A DNA stretch of 64,000 nucleotides from Gemmatimonadota bacterium. GTDB lineage: Bacteria > Gemmatimonadota > Gemmatimonadetes > Gemmatimonadales > GWC2-71-9. The notes under the pieces were generated by a model. That model searched no databases. It saw only the letters and a program-made list of their open reading frames with translations, and had not been told where the DNA came from. A program made the translations under genes and the position numbers. Each line of letters begins with the position of its first letter. Within the stretch, counting starts at the first letter, position 1. The DNA lies in contig QHUT01000053.1 in assembly GCA_003222055.1 (NCBI GenBank), positions 48,769-112,768 of the forward strand, in the 5' to 3' direction. This document shows positions 62,040-64,000 of the stretch, piece by piece.

Positions 62040-63068
62040 TCACCCGCCCCGGGTGTGCATCTCCCGATGGGGATCGGCGCGCAGCGAGTCGATCCGGTAG
62101 AGCGCGCCGCGATCGGCCACGCCGAGTCGCTCTTCGGCCCCGCGATCGGTGCGACCCTGCCACGTTGTCCGGATCAGCGCGGCGAGCTCCTCGTCCGAGG
62201 CGCCACCGCGCAGCGGGGCGCGCAGATCGACGCCCTGCCCCGCGTAGAGACACAGGAACCACGTTCCGTCCGCCGTGACGCGGCTGCGGTCGCAGGTGCG
62301 GCAGAACGGCGCGGTGACCGAGGCGATGATCCCGAAGGTGGTGCCGTCCGGCAGGCGGAACCGCTCGGCGGGGGCGCGCCCGTTACCGGCGATCGGAGCG
62401 ATCGGGCCGTAGCGCCGTGTCAGCGCCGCGAGCATGTCGCGCTGCGACACGACCTGGTCCATGGACCAGTGGGTGGCCCCGCCCACGTCCATGTACTCGA
62501 TGAAGCGCAGCTCGGCGCCCTCGGTACGGCCGAACTCGAGCAGCTCCGCCAGCTCGTCGTCGTTGAAGCCGCGGATCACCACGCTGTTGAGTTTCAGGTG
62601 CTCGAAGCCCGCGTCGCGCGCGGCCCGGATGCCGTCGAGCACCTCGCCGTGCCGCGCACTCTTGGCGAACGCCAGCATCCGCTCGGGGCGGAGCGTGTCG
62701 AGGCTCACGGTGACGCGCTGCAGGCCCGCCGCGCGCAGCGCCGCCGCCTGCTTCGCGAGCAGCAGACCGTTCGTGGTCAGCGCCAGATCTTCGATCTGCG
62801 GAATCCGCGCGATCAGGCGCACCAGCGCCGGGAGGTCGTGGCGCAACAACGGCTCGCCACCCGTCAGGCGCACCTTGCGCACGCCCAGCCTCGAGAACAC
62901 CCGCACCACGCGGTCGAGCTCCTCGAACGTGAGGATCGAGGCCCGGGGCAGCCACACGTACTCGTCTTCCGGCATACAGTAGCGGCACCGCAGGTTGCAG
63001 CGGTCCGTCACCGAGAGCCGCAGGCTCCCGAGCGGGCGTTGGAAGGCGTCGTGGACGGCGTCAGGCAT
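62040..63068 (-). CDS. moaA: GTP 3',8-cyclase
   Basis: LRLSVTDRCNLRCRYCMP, TGGEP, FCRTCDR, C-terminal GG. Confidence 0.97.
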   Translation of the reverse strand: MPDAVHDAFQRPLGSLRLSVTDRCNLRCRYCMPEDEYVWLPRASILTFEELDRVVRVFSRLGVRKVRLTGGEPLLRHDLPALVRLIARIPQIEDLALTTNGLLLAKQAAALRAAGLQRVTVSLDTLRPERMLAFAKSARHGEVLDGIRAARDAGFEHLKLNSVVIRGFNDDELAELLEFGRTEGAELRFIEYMDVGGATHWSMDQVVSQRDMLAALTRRYGPIAPIAGNGRAPAERFRLPDGTTFGIIASVTAPFCRTCDRSRVTADGTWFLCLYAGQGVDLRAPLRGGASDEELAALIRTTWQGRTDRGAEERLGVADRGALYRIDSLRADPHREMHTRGG

Positions 63069-63507
63069 GCAGGTCGGACGGGTGGGCAGTCGGACGGCCG
63101 GAGGGATCGACCCACGTCGCGCTGCCGTCCACGCGCAGCTCCTTCTTCCAGACGGGGATGCGACGCTTGACTTCTTCGATCACGAACCGGCAGGCCTCGA
63201 ACGCTTCCGCCCGGTGCGGCGCCGCCACCGCGATGGCGATGCTCGCCTCGCCCGACGGAATCGTGCCCAGCCGGTGCCGCACGGCGATGCGCGCCTCGGG
63301 CCAACGGGCGTCCGCGTCCGCCACAAGACGGGCGAACTCGGCCTCCACCATTTCTTCGTACGCCGAGTACTCGATCGCCGTCACCCCGTGCTCGTCTGGC
63401 CCGTCGCGCACGGTGCCGAGGAACACGCAGGTACCGCCGCACGCGGCGGACGAGACCTCGGCGAGCAGGGCATCCAGGGAGATAGTGGAGCGCGTCAGGT
63501 AGCTCAT
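63061..63507 (-). CDS. moaE: Molybdopterin synthase catalytic subunit
   Basis: FLGTVR, HRLG, APHR.EAF, PVWKKE. Confidence 0.95.
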   Translation of the reverse strand: MSYLTRSTISLDALLAEVSSAACGGTCVFLGTVRDGPDEHGVTAIEYSAYEEMVEAEFARLVADADARWPEARIAVRHRLGTIPSGEASIAIAVAAPHRAEAFEACRFVIEEVKRRIPVWKKELRVDGSATWVDPSGRPTAHPSDLHA

Positions 63508-63514
63508 TTCGTTC

Positions 63515-63546
63515 AATTCCGCATTCCGCATTCCGCACTCCGCATT
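63515..63546. repeat. Single-arm heptamer array (CGCATTC)~4.5
   Basis: One-base variant of the CGCAATC unit, in the moaD-moaE gap. Confidence 0.85.
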
Positions 63547-63549
63547 GGG

Positions 63550-63819
63550 TCAGCCGCCGGCGATGGGAGGCAGCAACGCGACTTCGTCTCCGTCCTGCAC
63601 CCGCGCGTCGAGCTTCACCTGCCGCAGGTTCACGGCGGCCAGCGGGCGCTCCGGCAGGGCACGCGCTTGGGGGACCTCGTCGCGCAGGCGGCGCACTACG
63701 TCGCCCACCGTGGCCGGGAGAGCGACCGAGACCGCCGCCTCGGTGCGCCCCACCAGCTCCGCGTAGCGCGCGAACAACCGCACCCGGATCGTGGCCGTCC
63801 CCGTCCCCGTGACCGTCAT
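63550..63819 (-). CDS. moaD: Molybdopterin synthase sulfur carrier
   Basis: VRLFA, AAVN, DEVALLPPIAGG. Confidence 0.93.
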   Translation of the reverse strand: MTVTGTGTATIRVRLFARYAELVGRTEAAVSVALPATVGDVVRRLRDEVPQARALPERPLAAVNLRQVKLDARVQDGDEVALLPPIAGG

Positions 63820-63842
63820 GTTCGTTCGCAAGATAGCCGCCG

Positions 63843-64000
63843 TCAGTTCCCTGTGGAACCCGTCGCGAGGCCGCGCCAGATCTTCGCCTGCTTCGGTGTG
63901 GGGGATGACACCGGCGTGAGCGTGAACGACACCGTCGTTCGCTCCCGCACCTGCGTGTTGAGCGTCAACGCCTTGCCGCCCCGAGTGACGCTGATCGTGA
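63843..64000 (-). CDS. 3' end of a gene entering from the right; resembles the PDZ tail of an M61-type peptidase
   Basis: Open frame TISVTRGGKALTLNTQVRERTTVSFTLTPVSSPTPKQAKIWRGLATGSTGN*. Confidence 0.45.
   Translation of the reverse strand, partial: TISVTRGGKALTLNTQVRERTTVSFTLTPVSSPTPKQAKIWRGLATGSTGN

Overview
GC-rich bacterial core-genome region, probably Gemmatimonadota (inferred from gene order and repeat style, not from a search). Most of it is long, translationally coupled minus-strand operons: Kdo/LPS transport with rpoN (kdsB-pyrG-kdsA-kdsC-kdsD-lptC-lptA-lptB-rpoN-GT2); trpG-like/fpg/xerD; yceD-rpmF-plsX-fabHDG-acpP-fabF-mqnEAC-purE-ispF-dedA; nuoA-N followed by pgm/pmm, UPF0182, arcC, sucCD, an EIIA-CBS gene and ndk; and moaDEA-mdh. 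The plus strand carries dcd, a hybrid kinase and sdhCAB. Accessory inserts are a GNAT-ACP-FkbH-deacetylase-like cassette and a HAF-repeat lipoprotein. The main unexplained signal is short-period tandem-repeat elements (7-mer inverted arrays and 13-mer arrays) at operon gene junctions. At five junctions the insert is an exact mini-ORF whose start codon overlaps the upstream stop and whose stop overlaps the downstream start, which looks like a translational-coupling relay. Also seen: a Rex-like operator on nuoA, many leaderless-type promoters, sigma54-like sites and a REP-like palindrome family. No rRNA, tRNA, CRISPR array or transposase was recognised.
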